Origin: a virus
Taxonomy: Duplodnaviria > Caudoviricetes
Strand: one strand, 5' to 3'
IMG/VR virus record: IMGVR_UViG_3300036713_000142
Location: 1 to 33,044 of that record
Length of the DNA: 33,044 nt
Below, piece by piece: positions 7,372 through 17,800 of this stretch. The position numbers were made by a program, and so were the translations under genes. Every line of letters starts with the position of its first letter. Position 1 is the first letter of the stretch. Below the pieces are notes generated by a model, which saw nothing but the letters and a program-made list of their open reading frames with translations, searched no databases and was not told the DNA's origin.

Positions 7372-7698
7372 TTAATTAATATGTTGAAGAATTAGTGATT
7401 CGCGGGATGTTATCCCAAATGTAGCTCTCATCCACGTGAGCCAATTAGTACTTCCTTTGTCCTGATTACATTTCCAACAGCTGGGTACAAGATTTGATGT
7501 AAGGTCTTGCCCTCCATAACAACGAGGGCGAACATGATCCAGAGTAAGTTCGTGTAATTCATAAGTTTCTCCGCAATAAACACATTGACAATTGAAATGT
7601 TCCTTAATGGCTCTACGCCAAAGTCTTTTAGCTTCAGGACTTGTCATGGTTATTAGGTTTTGTAGATAGTGATCAGGACTTGGAAGCAGTGGAGTCAT
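7372..7698 (-). CDS. HNH endonuclease
   Basis: CVYC...TLDHVRP...GG...NLVPSCWKCNQDK. Confidence 0.92.
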   Translation of the reverse strand: MTPLLPSPDHYLQNLITMTSPEAKRLWRRAIKEHFNCQCVYCGETYELHELTLDHVRPRCYGGQDLTSNLVPSCWKCNQDKGSTNWLTWMRATFGITSRESLILQHIN

Positions 7699-7955
7699 TA
7701 GGCGTATTTACCTCCCATGCGAGGACGCCTACGATTTTTTGATTTAGACTCAAGTTTGCCTTTGTTATTTCCGGTGTGGCTAGCATCTTTACCATCACCG
7801 TTACCATATGTGCCTAGTTTTCTATTTAGTTTGTTTGCAGCAACGCGAATCTTCAATCCTTCGCTAGACTTGTTGTATTTAGCTTGTTGCTTTAGTCTAC
7901 GACGGTTAGCTGCTGGGTTTTTGTCGTAGTAGCTCTGGGTTTTACCTTTTGCCAT
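7698..7955 (-). CDS. conserved basic hypothetical protein (85 aa)
   Basis: ATG at 7955 (MAKGKTQSYY...). Contains a GNGDGKDASH motif and directly follows terS. Confidence 0.75.
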   Translation of the reverse strand: MAKGKTQSYYDKNPAANRRRLKQQAKYNKSSEGLKIRVAANKLNRKLGTYGNGDGKDASHTGNNKGKLESKSKNRRRPRMGGKYA

Positions 7956-8190
7956 ACAACCTCGTTTGAACAAGTTCAGGATCTACTTTGGGCATAATAG
8001 TTGCGAGCTTATCCAACGGGTTACCATCGTATGCAACACCGCTAATATCGTTTTTAACAAGCCACTCTATCGCGGCTTTGATGTCTTGTGTAGTAGCTTC
8101 ACCCGATTTAACTCGGTTTAGAAGTTCGGTTGTCACTAAATTGTGCAGCTGGTTAAAGGCATCTTCAGTAGCTTTTTTATGCTGTGCCAT
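7942..8190 (-). CDS. terminase small subunit (T7 gp18-like)
   Basis: KATEDAFNQLHNLVT...GEATTQDIKAAIEWLVKNDISG resembles cyanopodovirus DNA maturase A. Confidence 0.85.
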   Translation of the reverse strand: MAQHKKATEDAFNQLHNLVTTELLNRVKSGEATTQDIKAAIEWLVKNDISGVAYDGNPLDKLATIMPKVDPELVQTRLYGKR

Positions 8191-8605
8191 AATTTCCTTT
8201 AGTGTATAAATATTGTAACGCTTTTACTAAAATCTCGGGATTATCAGAAAAAAGCCCAAGACCAGTGTTACAGCGATGGCAGAGTAAGCCTCTTACTTTA
8301 CCTGTTTCATGATTATGATCTATATGAAACCTACCTTGCCCATTTGGATCGGTAGATGCGCAGATTGCACACTTACCGCCTTGCAGAGCAAGGAGTTTAT
8401 CATAATCTTCAATGGTAATTCCGTATTTAGTCTTATAAAGATAAGAACGGTGAGTATTAGGATTTTGTCTATACCGTTCTTTTTGCTCCTCATTTTTACA
8501 TACCTTACAACGTGTTCTATATTTTTTAACACCTTTGTCTGTAAAAACGGGAAACTCATCAAAAGACTTTTCTACCTTACACTTAGTGCAAGTTTTCTTA
8601 GCCAT
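8177..8605 (-). CDS. endonuclease VII-like protein (putative free-standing homing endonuclease)
   Basis: N-terminal CxxC..CxxC, then YGITIEDY..QGGKCAIC..IDHNHETGKVRGLLCHRCNTGLG. AT-rich gene. Confidence 0.9.
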   Translation of the reverse strand: MAKKTCTKCKVEKSFDEFPVFTDKGVKKYRTRCKVCKNEEQKERYRQNPNTHRSYLYKTKYGITIEDYDKLLALQGGKCAICASTDPNGQGRFHIDHNHETGKVRGLLCHRCNTGLGLFSDNPEILVKALQYLYTKGNYGTA

Positions 8606-8852
8606 TTTTCATAATTACTTGGTCAAGTTTTTCTTCAATACGAACCATTTGTGCTTCCATTTTATGAAAAGCGTTCTCAAAGTCCGCCTTAAAGACATAA
8701 TGCCTAGCCATTGTCAGTTCAGCAGTGTCTACACGACGATCTACTTCATTGATTCGGTAATGAACATCATCAATACGCCTATGTAGACGATTAGTTAGGG
8801 TTGCTAACCCTGTTATTACAGCAAGACCTGCCGCTACTCCTGCTTCAACCAT
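8598..8852 (-). CDS. small membrane-anchored coiled-coil protein (possible lysis accessory)
   Basis: Hydrophobic N-terminus followed by a heptad-like region; coupled to the endolysin gene. Confidence 0.7.
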   Translation of the reverse strand: MVEAGVAAGLAVITGLATLTNRLHRRIDDVHYRINEVDRRVDTAELTMARHYVFKADFENAFHKMEAQMVRIEEKLDQVIMKNG

Positions 8853-9405
8853 ACTGATCCATTAGTTTAATTAGCTTATGTGAGTAATCCGGATCAGTGG
8901 CGTATCCTTCAGACTTCAGAAGATAGGCACATTCGTTACGAGTTTTGGCACGATTGACACCTTTATATGTTTTGAAATCCTTATACCAGTAGTCTACAAG
9001 CTCTTTGATGCAGTCATATGGTGTTGGATAGTCCTTAAAGGAAGCTTGGATAGTAACAGGACCATATCCATAGTCTTCCCAAGTAGTTTTAACGGTACCA
9101 GGACCTTTGATACCAAAATAGTTATTTTTACCAGAAGTAACTGTACCAAATGCTGACTCAAGAGCCCATTGTGCAGCTACTACTTCGGGAAATTTAGCAC
9201 CAGCGGTGGCTGCTGCAGCTCTGATGCCTTCCCAAGAGTTATTATGTGTATCGGGTTGGGCGGGTCCATTGCGCCATGTAGAGACCCACGTGGCATCATC
9301 AGAAAGACCGGCAGGACCTAGTAGTTGTTCTAGTTCCTGCACGGCTTTGAATTGATGAGGCAACCCTTTATAGTTTTTAATTACGTCAAAAAGGTTGATA
9401 CTCAT
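8845..9405 (-). CDS. endolysin, GH73 glucosaminidase family
   Basis: AQWALES, NNYFGIKG and GYATDPDY motifs. Confidence 0.9.
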   Translation of the reverse strand: MSINLFDVIKNYKGLPHQFKAVQELEQLLGPAGLSDDATWVSTWRNGPAQPDTHNNSWEGIRAAAATAGAKFPEVVAAQWALESAFGTVTSGKNNYFGIKGPGTVKTTWEDYGYGPVTIQASFKDYPTPYDCIKELVDYWYKDFKTYKGVNRAKTRNECAYLLKSEGYATDPDYSHKLIKLMDQYG

Positions 9406-9407
9406 GG

Positions 9408-11279
9408 TTAGGGAGTGGTCATGGTTTGGAGGGAAGAGTCAGGGAGGCGTTCCGGGAAGTAGGTGAGGCGGGCGATAATTCCGTTTAACTGTTCGTTTGT
9501 ATTATCAGTCCTTCCTCCAATGGTTATAGAGCTATAAGTGGTGGATCCGTGCAACGACGGAACGCTAGAAGTTATCGCAGGATTGGATACAATTGATAAA
9601 GTGTTTTCATCATATCCAACAGCGATTTTCCCAAAGGCGTCGTAGTGTTCTTGTCCATTGGCAATGGTAGGGTTGTTAGTTCCGTCAAAGGCATTCCATC
9701 CATTAGAGTCAGAAGCTTTCGTGCCAATTAAAGCTCTTGCGCCAGCTACGCCAACAACACGCGAAGAATTTGAACCTGATGAACGACCTCCACGAGCTAT
9801 TGCAAACCAGCTTCCTGGACCTTGGTTATAAAACCCACTAAAATTACTCCCAGTAATACTCGCCACATCCGCCGACCGTGTTAGTGCTGTGCCGGTGGTT
9901 GGGATGTAGGAGGTTGGGAAGGATCCTTCTTCTAGTTGGGCTCCCCAAATGGTGAGCACATCGCCAACGCCGCTTGCATCAGGCAACCCATAAGTAGTTA
10001 CTTTATTTTTGTTTAAAGCAACTGTTGCTTCAGTAACTAGAGAACCAGAGTTAACAATAATTGTTGCAGATAATCTGTACCATCCATTTGGGTACTCCTC
10101 CACCGTTCCGACAAAACTTGAAGCTCCCTGCTGTATTGTTGCCGTGCTCGGTTGTTTTGTGGCTGCATCAAACAGCAGTAGTGCCCCAAGGTTGGACCCA
10201 TAAATTAAAACAGAGAAAGATATTTCAAATTTAGTCCAAACTGAAAATGTGTAGGTTCCAGCCGGTAATTGGGTTCCAGGTTTTCCGTTATATGGATAGG
10301 TTGCACTATTGCCAGTCGTTTCAAATTCTGCGGCGTTAAAAGATCCATCAGGACTTAGCTGAGTACTTACGTTATTAGTGATATTGGAAAGAAGCCATCC
10401 CGAAAAATCATTACTAGTTTTTAGATTATTAGTCCTACTCTCCTCAATCAACAACCCAAGGCTCTCACCCGTCGTTGGATCGTGATCGAAGCGTGGTGCG
10501 GCGGAAGGTAGGTTGGTGGTTGGGATGTAGGTGCTAACCGGACCTTCTTCTACTTGAATACCGAAAGCAAAGACATAACCAACACTATTGATGTTGGTAC
10601 TTGAATCAGTAGCAGTAATTTGTAAATTACCAACAGAATCGCCCGTTGAATCAAGAGTAAATCCGCAGCGATACCATCCGTTACCTACTGAGGTTGCAAA
10701 AGCGTTACTTATAGGTGCTGCTGCTGGGCTTACATTGACAAAATTACCTGTTTGTAAATCAAACCAAACACGAGGATTATCTGCCCAAACCACCGGGCGG
10801 AGATAAACATATCTGCTGCTACCTTGTTTGAAGTATCCAGAAAATGTAACCGCAGATGAATCGTTTACACTTATTGAAAGTGCACTAGCACTGTCAATGC
10901 TTACTGCCGTTGTATTAAAAGGGCTAGTTGTTGTTGCTGTAGAAGTACTAGGTACAGCCCAGCTCGAAAAAACCTCGCTATTTGCTGTAAGCGCGTTAAC
11001 CTTAGCCGTCTCAATCAACCCGTTGCTATTAACAAACGTGCCAGCACTCAAATTGCTACCACTCATACTCCGCTGGTGGTCAACCAACGGTGTGCCCGTC
11101 ATATAATCATTCAGGTTCTTACCTTCTGCAAACCTCAGATCAAGACTAGGAACGACACCTTTGGCATCGCTGTATAGTTTGTTTTCACCCTTGGGTGTGT
11201 TTGTACAGGTTAGAGGGTTGGAAAGAACCACTTTTCCAGGTGATCCCAAATAGTCGGGACTCCATACCATAGTCATCAC
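9408..11279 (-). CDS. tail fibre/spike-associated protein with two tandem beta-sandwich modules (623 aa)
   Basis: Repeated NGWYR and G(A/I)Q(L/V)EEG..(S/T)YIPTT motifs, plus GLLIEESRTN. Ser/Thr/Gly-rich. Confidence 0.8.
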   Translation of the reverse strand: MMTMVWSPDYLGSPGKVVLSNPLTCTNTPKGENKLYSDAKGVVPSLDLRFAEGKNLNDYMTGTPLVDHQRSMSGSNLSAGTFVNSNGLIETAKVNALTANSEVFSSWAVPSTSTATTTSPFNTTAVSIDSASALSISVNDSSAVTFSGYFKQGSSRYVYLRPVVWADNPRVWFDLQTGNFVNVSPAAAPISNAFATSVGNGWYRCGFTLDSTGDSVGNLQITATDSSTNINSVGYVFAFGIQVEEGPVSTYIPTTNLPSAAPRFDHDPTTGESLGLLIEESRTNNLKTSNDFSGWLLSNITNNVSTQLSPDGSFNAAEFETTGNSATYPYNGKPGTQLPAGTYTFSVWTKFEISFSVLIYGSNLGALLLFDAATKQPSTATIQQGASSFVGTVEEYPNGWYRLSATIIVNSGSLVTEATVALNKNKVTTYGLPDASGVGDVLTIWGAQLEEGSFPTSYIPTTGTALTRSADVASITGSNFSGFYNQGPGSWFAIARGGRSSGSNSSRVVGVAGARALIGTKASDSNGWNAFDGTNNPTIANGQEHYDAFGKIAVGYDENTLSIVSNPAITSSVPSLHGSTTYSSITIGGRTDNTNEQLNGIIARLTYFPERLPDSSLQTMTTP

Positions 11280-11878
11280 ACACCTCCAACGGTGGGACGC
11301 TCATAAGAAGTAATAGTGGCGGGACGATCAGCACCAAGCAGACCACGGCTAACCAACAGTTGGAGACCGTCAGTCACACGTTGGTCGTCAAGAGCAACAC
11401 GTTCAGCGTTGGTCAGTTCAACAACAAGAGCTTGGACTTCATCAGCAGCAGCGTTCTTAGCCTCGGCTGCGTCAATCTCAGCTTGGTTATCGGGAGTACA
11501 TGCAGCTTGGTAGGAAGCAACCATAGCTTCATACAGGTCAGTTTGTTCCTGAGTAGGGTTTTCCAGGGCTGCATAAGCAGCTACTGCATCATCATACATC
11601 TGTTGTTCTTCAGCGGTAGGAACACCACCAATTGGATCAGGTACGACAACACGATCAGCTGCTGCAGTCAAAACATCATTATATTCAGTTGGAGTAAAGC
11701 GTGCAAAGAATGCAGCGCTGGTAATGACACCGTAGCTGTTGGCATCGGCGTAACGCTTACCGTCTTGGGTGAGGAGCCATTCAGCATAGGCTTCAGGCGT
11801 CAGTTTGGCACTGTTAGCGGCAAAGATAAGACCGTCAATCGTGCGAGTGTTAGTGATAGTAAGAGAAAGAGTATCCAT
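11276..11878 (-). CDS. hypothetical tail-region protein (200 aa), possibly a fibre chaperone
   Basis: Acidic, Ala-rich helical ORF lying between two fibre-like genes. Confidence 0.75.
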   Translation of the reverse strand: MDTLSLTITNTRTIDGLIFAANSAKLTPEAYAEWLLTQDGKRYADANSYGVITSAAFFARFTPTEYNDVLTAAADRVVVPDPIGGVPTAEEQQMYDDAVAAYAALENPTQEQTDLYEAMVASYQAACTPDNQAEIDAAEAKNAAADEVQALVVELTNAERVALDDQRVTDGLQLLVSRGLLGADRPATITSYERPTVGGV

Positions 11879-11891
11879 AGTTAGTAATTAG

Positions 11892-12818
11892 TTAGCCGAT
11901 GAGCCAAGAAGTACCGTCAGAAACGACAGGTACACTATTTGCACCGCCGCCGACAGCAGCATCCAAGAAAGTAGTTGAGTTAGCGTCTGTTACAAAAGCT
12001 CGAGCACCAGCTCCCGCTACATTAGCTGCAGGAAGACCACCGACAGTTGTTGCTCCAGTAACTGGAACATAAATTCTAGCAGAACCTGTTCCTAGGTTTT
12101 CAGGTTTAGTATAGCAAACATTAGTATCCCAAGTAGTGCTCAGACGCTCATAATTACTAGCGTCGGTGTAGGTGTTATACAGGCGGTACGTTTGGGCGGC
12201 GGTGCCGTTGCGTTGGGCGAAGGTGTTGGCGGCATCCCTACGCAAAACTGTATCTAGCGTTAGCGTCGAGGATGTAACTCCACCAACGGAGGAAAAACCG
12301 AACGAACCAGATGAATAAAGACCTACTGAACCTGTATTGGTTCGTGCGGCAAAAGCTGTACCAGCTAACGTTACACCAGCAGCAGTAAAATCACCAGCAC
12401 TGTTAACTGAACATTTGCTGGATCCATTCGACTGCAAATCAAGTAGGTTGCCTGAGCCAAGTGGTGCACCACCTGCACCGTTGTCAATATTGACTTTAAG
12501 ACCTGTGTAAGTACCGCTTGCGCTAGTCCAATCCAGCTCAGCATTCAAATCACCCGTACCTGCCAACTGTCCAGCATTATTATACTGGATGTTGCCGGTT
12601 GCTCCAGAGACGAGACCAACAGTGCCTGTTTGATCCGGGAAGCTAATTGTACGGTTAGCAGTAGGTGTAACAGCTTGAACAGTGGTAGTAAAAGTACCAC
12701 CACTATCAAGAGTAAGATCACCGTTAACATTCAACGAACCACCAGAGAAGCTCATGTCTGAGCTACTAGCCATTACGTTGTCAAAGTTACCAGTGAATGG
12801 ATTAAATACTAGAGCCAT
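11892..12818 (-). CDS. tail fibre-like protein (308 aa)
   Basis: G/S/T-rich, with PTANRTISFPDQTGTV and a C-terminal GARAFVTDA..VPVVSDGTSWLIG, typical of cyanophage fibres. Confidence 0.8.
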   Translation of the reverse strand: MALVFNPFTGNFDNVMASSSDMSFSGGSLNVNGDLTLDSGGTFTTTVQAVTPTANRTISFPDQTGTVGLVSGATGNIQYNNAGQLAGTGDLNAELDWTSASGTYTGLKVNIDNGAGGAPLGSGNLLDLQSNGSSKCSVNSAGDFTAAGVTLAGTAFAARTNTGSVGLYSSGSFGFSSVGGVTSSTLTLDTVLRRDAANTFAQRNGTAAQTYRLYNTYTDASNYERLSTTWDTNVCYTKPENLGTGSARIYVPVTGATTVGGLPAANVAGAGARAFVTDANSTTFLDAAVGGGANSVPVVSDGTSWLIG

Positions 12819-12820
12819 AA

Positions 12821-13138
12821 TTACGATTTAGCAACGGATACAAGGTTCCCACTAGAATAAGTGAGAGTAAGTGTAGCTACAACATAACCACTGGAACCAC
12901 CAGTTTTATAGATAACATCTTGAGTACCTGTTGCTGGCGTCGCTACTGGATTAAATTCAATGTAATCATGTTCAGGAATGCTAAGCCCAGTAACAACTGC
13001 ATCTTGACCGTAAGTACTAGTGTTACCAGCATTTACAGTATCTCGGTACCAACCGTTGGTTGGACCTGAATAAATCCAAGTTGTATTGCTCTCCGTGTAT
13101 TCATCCAACGGAGAAGGATTTGGAGGAAAGTTAGGCAT
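12821..13138 (-). CDS. small virion/tail-associated protein (105 aa)
   Basis: Starts NFPPNP...TWIY, like fibre-associated proteins; tightly packed with neighbours. Confidence 0.7.
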   Translation of the reverse strand: MPNFPPNPSPLDEYTESNTTWIYSGPTNGWYRDTVNAGNTSTYGQDAVVTGLSIPEHDYIEFNPVATPATGTQDVIYKTGGSSGYVVATLTLTYSSGNLVSVAKS

Positions 13139-13338
13139 TAGTCTTTAAAGATTTGTTTGATTTTGTTGATTTGGTCGTCTTCACGACGCAAAGGCTTGAG
13201 AGCATTAATACCACTCAAGATGAGTTGTACAACACTGTTATCCCGAAGCTTGGAAGCTCCAATTAGTTCTGAGCCAAGAAAGAGACCCAGAAAGACAAGG
13301 GTCTCATAGCTCAGCTTGATGCCGAGAATGGTAAGCAT
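13138..13338 (-). CDS. small membrane protein, holin-like (66 aa)
   Basis: Hydrophobic N-terminal half and charged C-terminus. Confidence 0.65.
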   Translation of the reverse strand: MLTILGIKLSYETLVFLGLFLGSELIGASKLRDNSVVQLILSGINALKPLRREDDQINKIKQIFKD

Positions 13339-13360
13339 GATTGGTTAAGTGTGGAGGTTA

Positions 13361-13906
13361 TTAAGGTTCTTTGATACCGTAGAGGGTGAATTTACCAGTT
13401 ACAAGAGATAGTGATGAGATAATTTGAATACGATCAATTAGTTCTGTTGTTTCAACGTTATTGACAAAATGGTAGGCATAGCTTTGACCAGCAAGATTAG
13501 TATTATCTCTAGCTATAATAGATTTTGATCTACTGTTTCTAAGATTAAAGAAATCTACTTCAATGTTTGTAGCTTCAACAGAAATACCATTTCGACCAAT
13601 ATATTGACATAGAGTTGCCTCTGGATCGTTTGTGGCGGAAACATTTGCTCCTGCACTTATTGCAGGAAGATCGTTATCATATACCAAAGAACTAATATAA
13701 CCACCACCAACGTTACCAATTCTACAAGTTATTAGAAATCCCGCAGTACTGGTGGAAGAAGTAGTAACATTAGTAATAATTAATTTATAATTATTAAATG
13801 TATCATCAATGCCGTTTGTAAACTCTACAGTAGAAGTTGAACTAGTAACTTCAATAGTTTCAAGCGGAATCAAACCTGAACCAATAAATTGTGAAACTCT
13901 AGTCAT
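13361..13906 (-). CDS. tail-fibre-associated protein (181 aa)
   Basis: ATG at 13906 is coupled to the tail-fibre TGA. Beta-rich and ends GKFTLYGIK. Confidence 0.75.
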   Translation of the reverse strand: MTRVSQFIGSGLIPLETIEVTSSTSTVEFTNGIDDTFNNYKLIITNVTTSSTSTAGFLITCRIGNVGGGYISSLVYDNDLPAISAGANVSATNDPEATLCQYIGRNGISVEATNIEVDFFNLRNSRSKSIIARDNTNLAGQSYAYHFVNNVETTELIDRIQIISSLSLVTGKFTLYGIKEP

Positions 13907-14847
13907 CAGATAATCCTCCAACCAACAACACTAAGACCGCCATCTTGATTATCATCATACATAAGAGTAATAGTTTTAAGAGCAACATCAATGGTTAGAT
14001 CTGAAGCACTTGCCATAATGTTTTGCGGACTAGACACAATAGTATTAGTAAAACTACCAACACTGATTCGTACAGTATCTCCGTCAGTGCCTGTTGGAAG
14101 TGTAATGGTAACACCAGCAGCGGTTACTGTTACGTGCTCACCAATATTAATAGGTTGAGTTGGTGTTGTACTTATACTAGTCCGTGTAAACGGTTGAGTA
14201 GCATCAATAGTATTGATAGCTGTAGTCAACGTGTCGTTAACAGTTTTAAGGGCATTAGCCGTAGCAGCTAGTGTAGTGCTGGTACTATCTGCTGCGTTGT
14301 AGAGTTGAACCGTACCACGTGTGGTAGTGTTTGCTTGTTGAATCTTGGTGCCAGTAATTGCAAACGATGGATTATTACTAATATCCTCATCTCTAATAGT
14401 CAGATTCTCAATCTTACTAGTAGTTACAGCACCATCCTTTAGCTTTACACCCTCAATACTATTATCAAGGATATCACCAACAGAAGCTGCTTCAGCAATA
14501 TCTTGTGATTCTTCAGCTGAAAAATACGTTCGTTGGAAGTTATTGTTAAGATCCTGAGCACGAATAGCAGAACCTGCAGTAAAAGTTTGTGCAGTCTCTA
14601 GAGGTGTTACACGTGTTACTTTTAAAATTCCTGTACCTGGATTTGTAATCAAAGTAACAACAGCACCACTAAGATAACCAGCACCAGAAACAGGACTAGA
14701 TGTTTTAGAATCAATTGTATATTCAGTTGTAATAGTTAGCGGTACACCATCAATAGAAACTTGTAGGTCATCCTCATCTAGAAAAGGATAGTTTAGAGTA
14801 AATGGCGGTGATGTGACGCTAAGATCAAATGTTTGAGAAGTTGCCAT
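13906..14847 (-). CDS. tail fibre protein (T7 gp17-like N-terminal adaptor)
   Basis: YPFLDEDDLQVSIDG and AGSAIRAQDLNNNF N-terminal motifs, and the fibre repeat ANTTTRGTVQL..STTLAATANALK. Confidence 0.88.
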   Translation of the reverse strand: MATSQTFDLSVTSPPFTLNYPFLDEDDLQVSIDGVPLTITTEYTIDSKTSSPVSGAGYLSGAVVTLITNPGTGILKVTRVTPLETAQTFTAGSAIRAQDLNNNFQRTYFSAEESQDIAEAASVGDILDNSIEGVKLKDGAVTTSKIENLTIRDEDISNNPSFAITGTKIQQANTTTRGTVQLYNAADSTSTTLAATANALKTVNDTLTTAINTIDATQPFTRTSISTTPTQPINIGEHVTVTAAGVTITLPTGTDGDTVRISVGSFTNTIVSSPQNIMASASDLTIDVALKTITLMYDDNQDGGLSVVGWRII

Positions 14848-14849
14848 TT

Positions 14850-17800
14850 TTACTTAATAATAGAAAGAAGGTCTTCAATTTCGTTAGCCTTTTCACGGCT
14901 ACCCATCTTGCGGTATCGACCTGACAACGTTTCAAGACGGCTTTGTTCGTTAAGCTCACGAACTTCAGGAGTATCACTCATCAATTGAGCCCACGCATTA
15001 GATTTTGCTTTTTTCAAAATGTTATTAATAAGTGGTACATGGAAGGTTTCTGAAGTTTCGTAGCGACGACCTGCAGCACGATCTTCTTCCATATCAAGAA
15101 TTGATTTAATGACAGCTTTATCTTTGAAAAGAGTTTCAAGCTGAGCTTCAATGTTCTGCTTACTTACATAATACTGCCATTTAGACTTAAGTTCTGGATG
15201 ACCTTCAAGTGATTCATTATTAGGACCAGTATTAAAAGTCAACTTAAGATCTACTCCACTACGGAATAGCAACTCACGAGTAGGATTAGTAGCAGGATTA
15301 ATGTAGAAAGGATTAACAGCATTCATCAGACGGACAATTGGCAGACTATCATTGATAGGACGACCGTCAAGGATGTCATAACGATAAGGAAGTTTACCAT
15401 CTTTACCAGCAACTAGATCCAAGTAAAGGTTACGGTTACGGATACCATCCAAGAACCCTTTCTCTAGTTCACGCATACCCGGACTGACAAGCTTACCAAT
15501 CTCATTCCTCATACCACCAAGTGGAATTTGGTTGTTGACAAGGTTAGCTGCAACAGTAGGAAGACGTTGACCATTACTATAGAACAGTTCTTGAACTTGG
15601 AACATACCGTTCAAGAAAGTTTTGTTAATAATGTTTTGAGTTACCAAGAATCCAAGTTTACCTAGGTTATTACCAACCCATTCTTCACCCATAACTTTTT
15701 GGGAGTCAACAATGTCAGCAATAAAACTAAAGAACAGGTTAAATGGTTCAAGTGATTCGTAACTAACATACACATCACCGATCTTAACCGAACGTGGTTT
15801 CCATCCAAATTGCTGCCAAGCTTCACGGAGTTCACGATCCGGTGGACCATTACCTGTGATCTGACCATTGAGAGCCATCATAGCAGCGGTGCTCACAAAA
15901 CCATAACCTAGGGCTTCACGACCACGCATAGTAGCTTTGGCAATCTCCAAGTCATTAGCAGACTTAATGCCATACTTAACCATAACAGGATCGTCCCAAG
16001 CCTTAGTCATAATATCAACATTTTCTTTGATAAAACGATTAAGGATAGGAGTATGCTTACTAGTCATTTCCAAAGCATTAACACCTGTCTTCATGAATAG
16101 CATGAAAGGTTTAAGGTAAGGTGCCTTATCAAATGCACGATCCAACTCTCTAGCAAACCCAGTCAGCTCTTTAGTCATCTTAGCTTCATCAGCAGCATAT
16201 TTAGCCATTTCATCACTGAGTTGACCATCAGCAGTAAAGACTTTGCTTTCAAAATTAAGCTCAGCTGCACGCACCAACTTCTTCATGTCCTGATCAGACA
16301 CAACTTGTTGAGCACTCTTCAAACGATCCTTAACATCCAAGAAAGCAAGCTGACGTTGACGACCACGACCAATCAACTGAGAAAAGAAAACATCAGTAGC
16401 ACGCATAATACGTGGACCGTAGTTAAGGAATGGAAGTTTATTTGATTGATGAAGGAAGTTAGCCATAGCCATAGCTGCCTTATCACCGTCACTACCATAC
16501 TTATAATGGAAAGCTTTGAGTGCTTCAAATTCATACTCCTTAGGTGAGGTAGTTACACCACGCCATCCTTCGTTGTTTTGAGTATATCCACGGAAGTCTT
16601 GTGCAGCTTTACGCCAAGCATCACCCATAGATTCCCACATACCACCAAGAGCAGCAAAAGCACTCTCTGTTACTGCTCTATCTTCGCTACCAAGAGAGCC
16701 GATAATAGTAGATACAGGGCGCATAATGGTACCAATACCAGTACCTACAGCGGCACGTACAGGTGTTTTAGGACCACTCAGGATGCTATTAACACCCATA
16801 ATCTGCATCTCATTGATGATTTGGTTACGCATTTGCTTGTTACCATCACGATAACCATGCAACTTACGCTTCATAAATGCCTGCAAATCCTTGAATGTTT
16901 GAGGTTTGTTACCACCAACAGCAGAGAAATGAAGGAAAGTTTGAAGCAAACTATCATCTACATCATCTTTAAGAAGCTGTTTCAAGGTCTGTACTTCAGC
17001 TGCAACAGCATCAGATGCATCAGTACGAAGGGTAATATCATCAATGCCAGGACGGAAACGACGAAGGTTCCAACTAGACATCAAACTGGTTTCTTTACGC
17101 ATACGTGCAAGCGTAGCATAACGAGCAAGTACACCATCAATGATACTGCCTTGTGCTTTAACATCAACTTGATCCATGACGCTCAACGCAGCACGAGACA
17201 AGTCACGAGCACCAGTAAGCAGTTGACCCATAATAAGGTCAGTAGCTACTAGCTGTGCTTGGTTAAGAACACTAACACCTTCAATTTTGGTTTGCTTATC
17301 AGCCTCATCTACATAACGAAGCGTCTCAATAAACTCAACCAACTCCTCAGGTGATGCATCATTAACACGACTATGACCAGACTCATCAAGGAACTCACGG
17401 ACAGTGACAGCCATATCCAGGAAGTCTTGCTTTACTTCAGTAGGAGTATCACCACCATACAGTTTTTGATAGACTGGATCGACAACAAAGCCATCAGCCA
17501 GTTTATCAATTTCTTCCTGAGTCATACCAGGAGCACCATACTCCATACGACGAATCTGTGCTTCAGACAACGGACCACGTGGTGAGCCATCCTTTTGAGC
17601 AAAGTCGTTACGAATACGAATCTGATCCCGAACACCTTTCATAGGACGACTAGTATTAGTCAAACCTTGGTGGTCAGTTACATCACCACCTTCCATGTAT
17701 GCAGGGTTTTCACGAGGTGCACCTGCATCAAGGTCATCAAGGAGTTGATCTTCTGCAACATCAAGATTAGTCTGACCTTGCTTTTCAGCACGCCTGTTAA

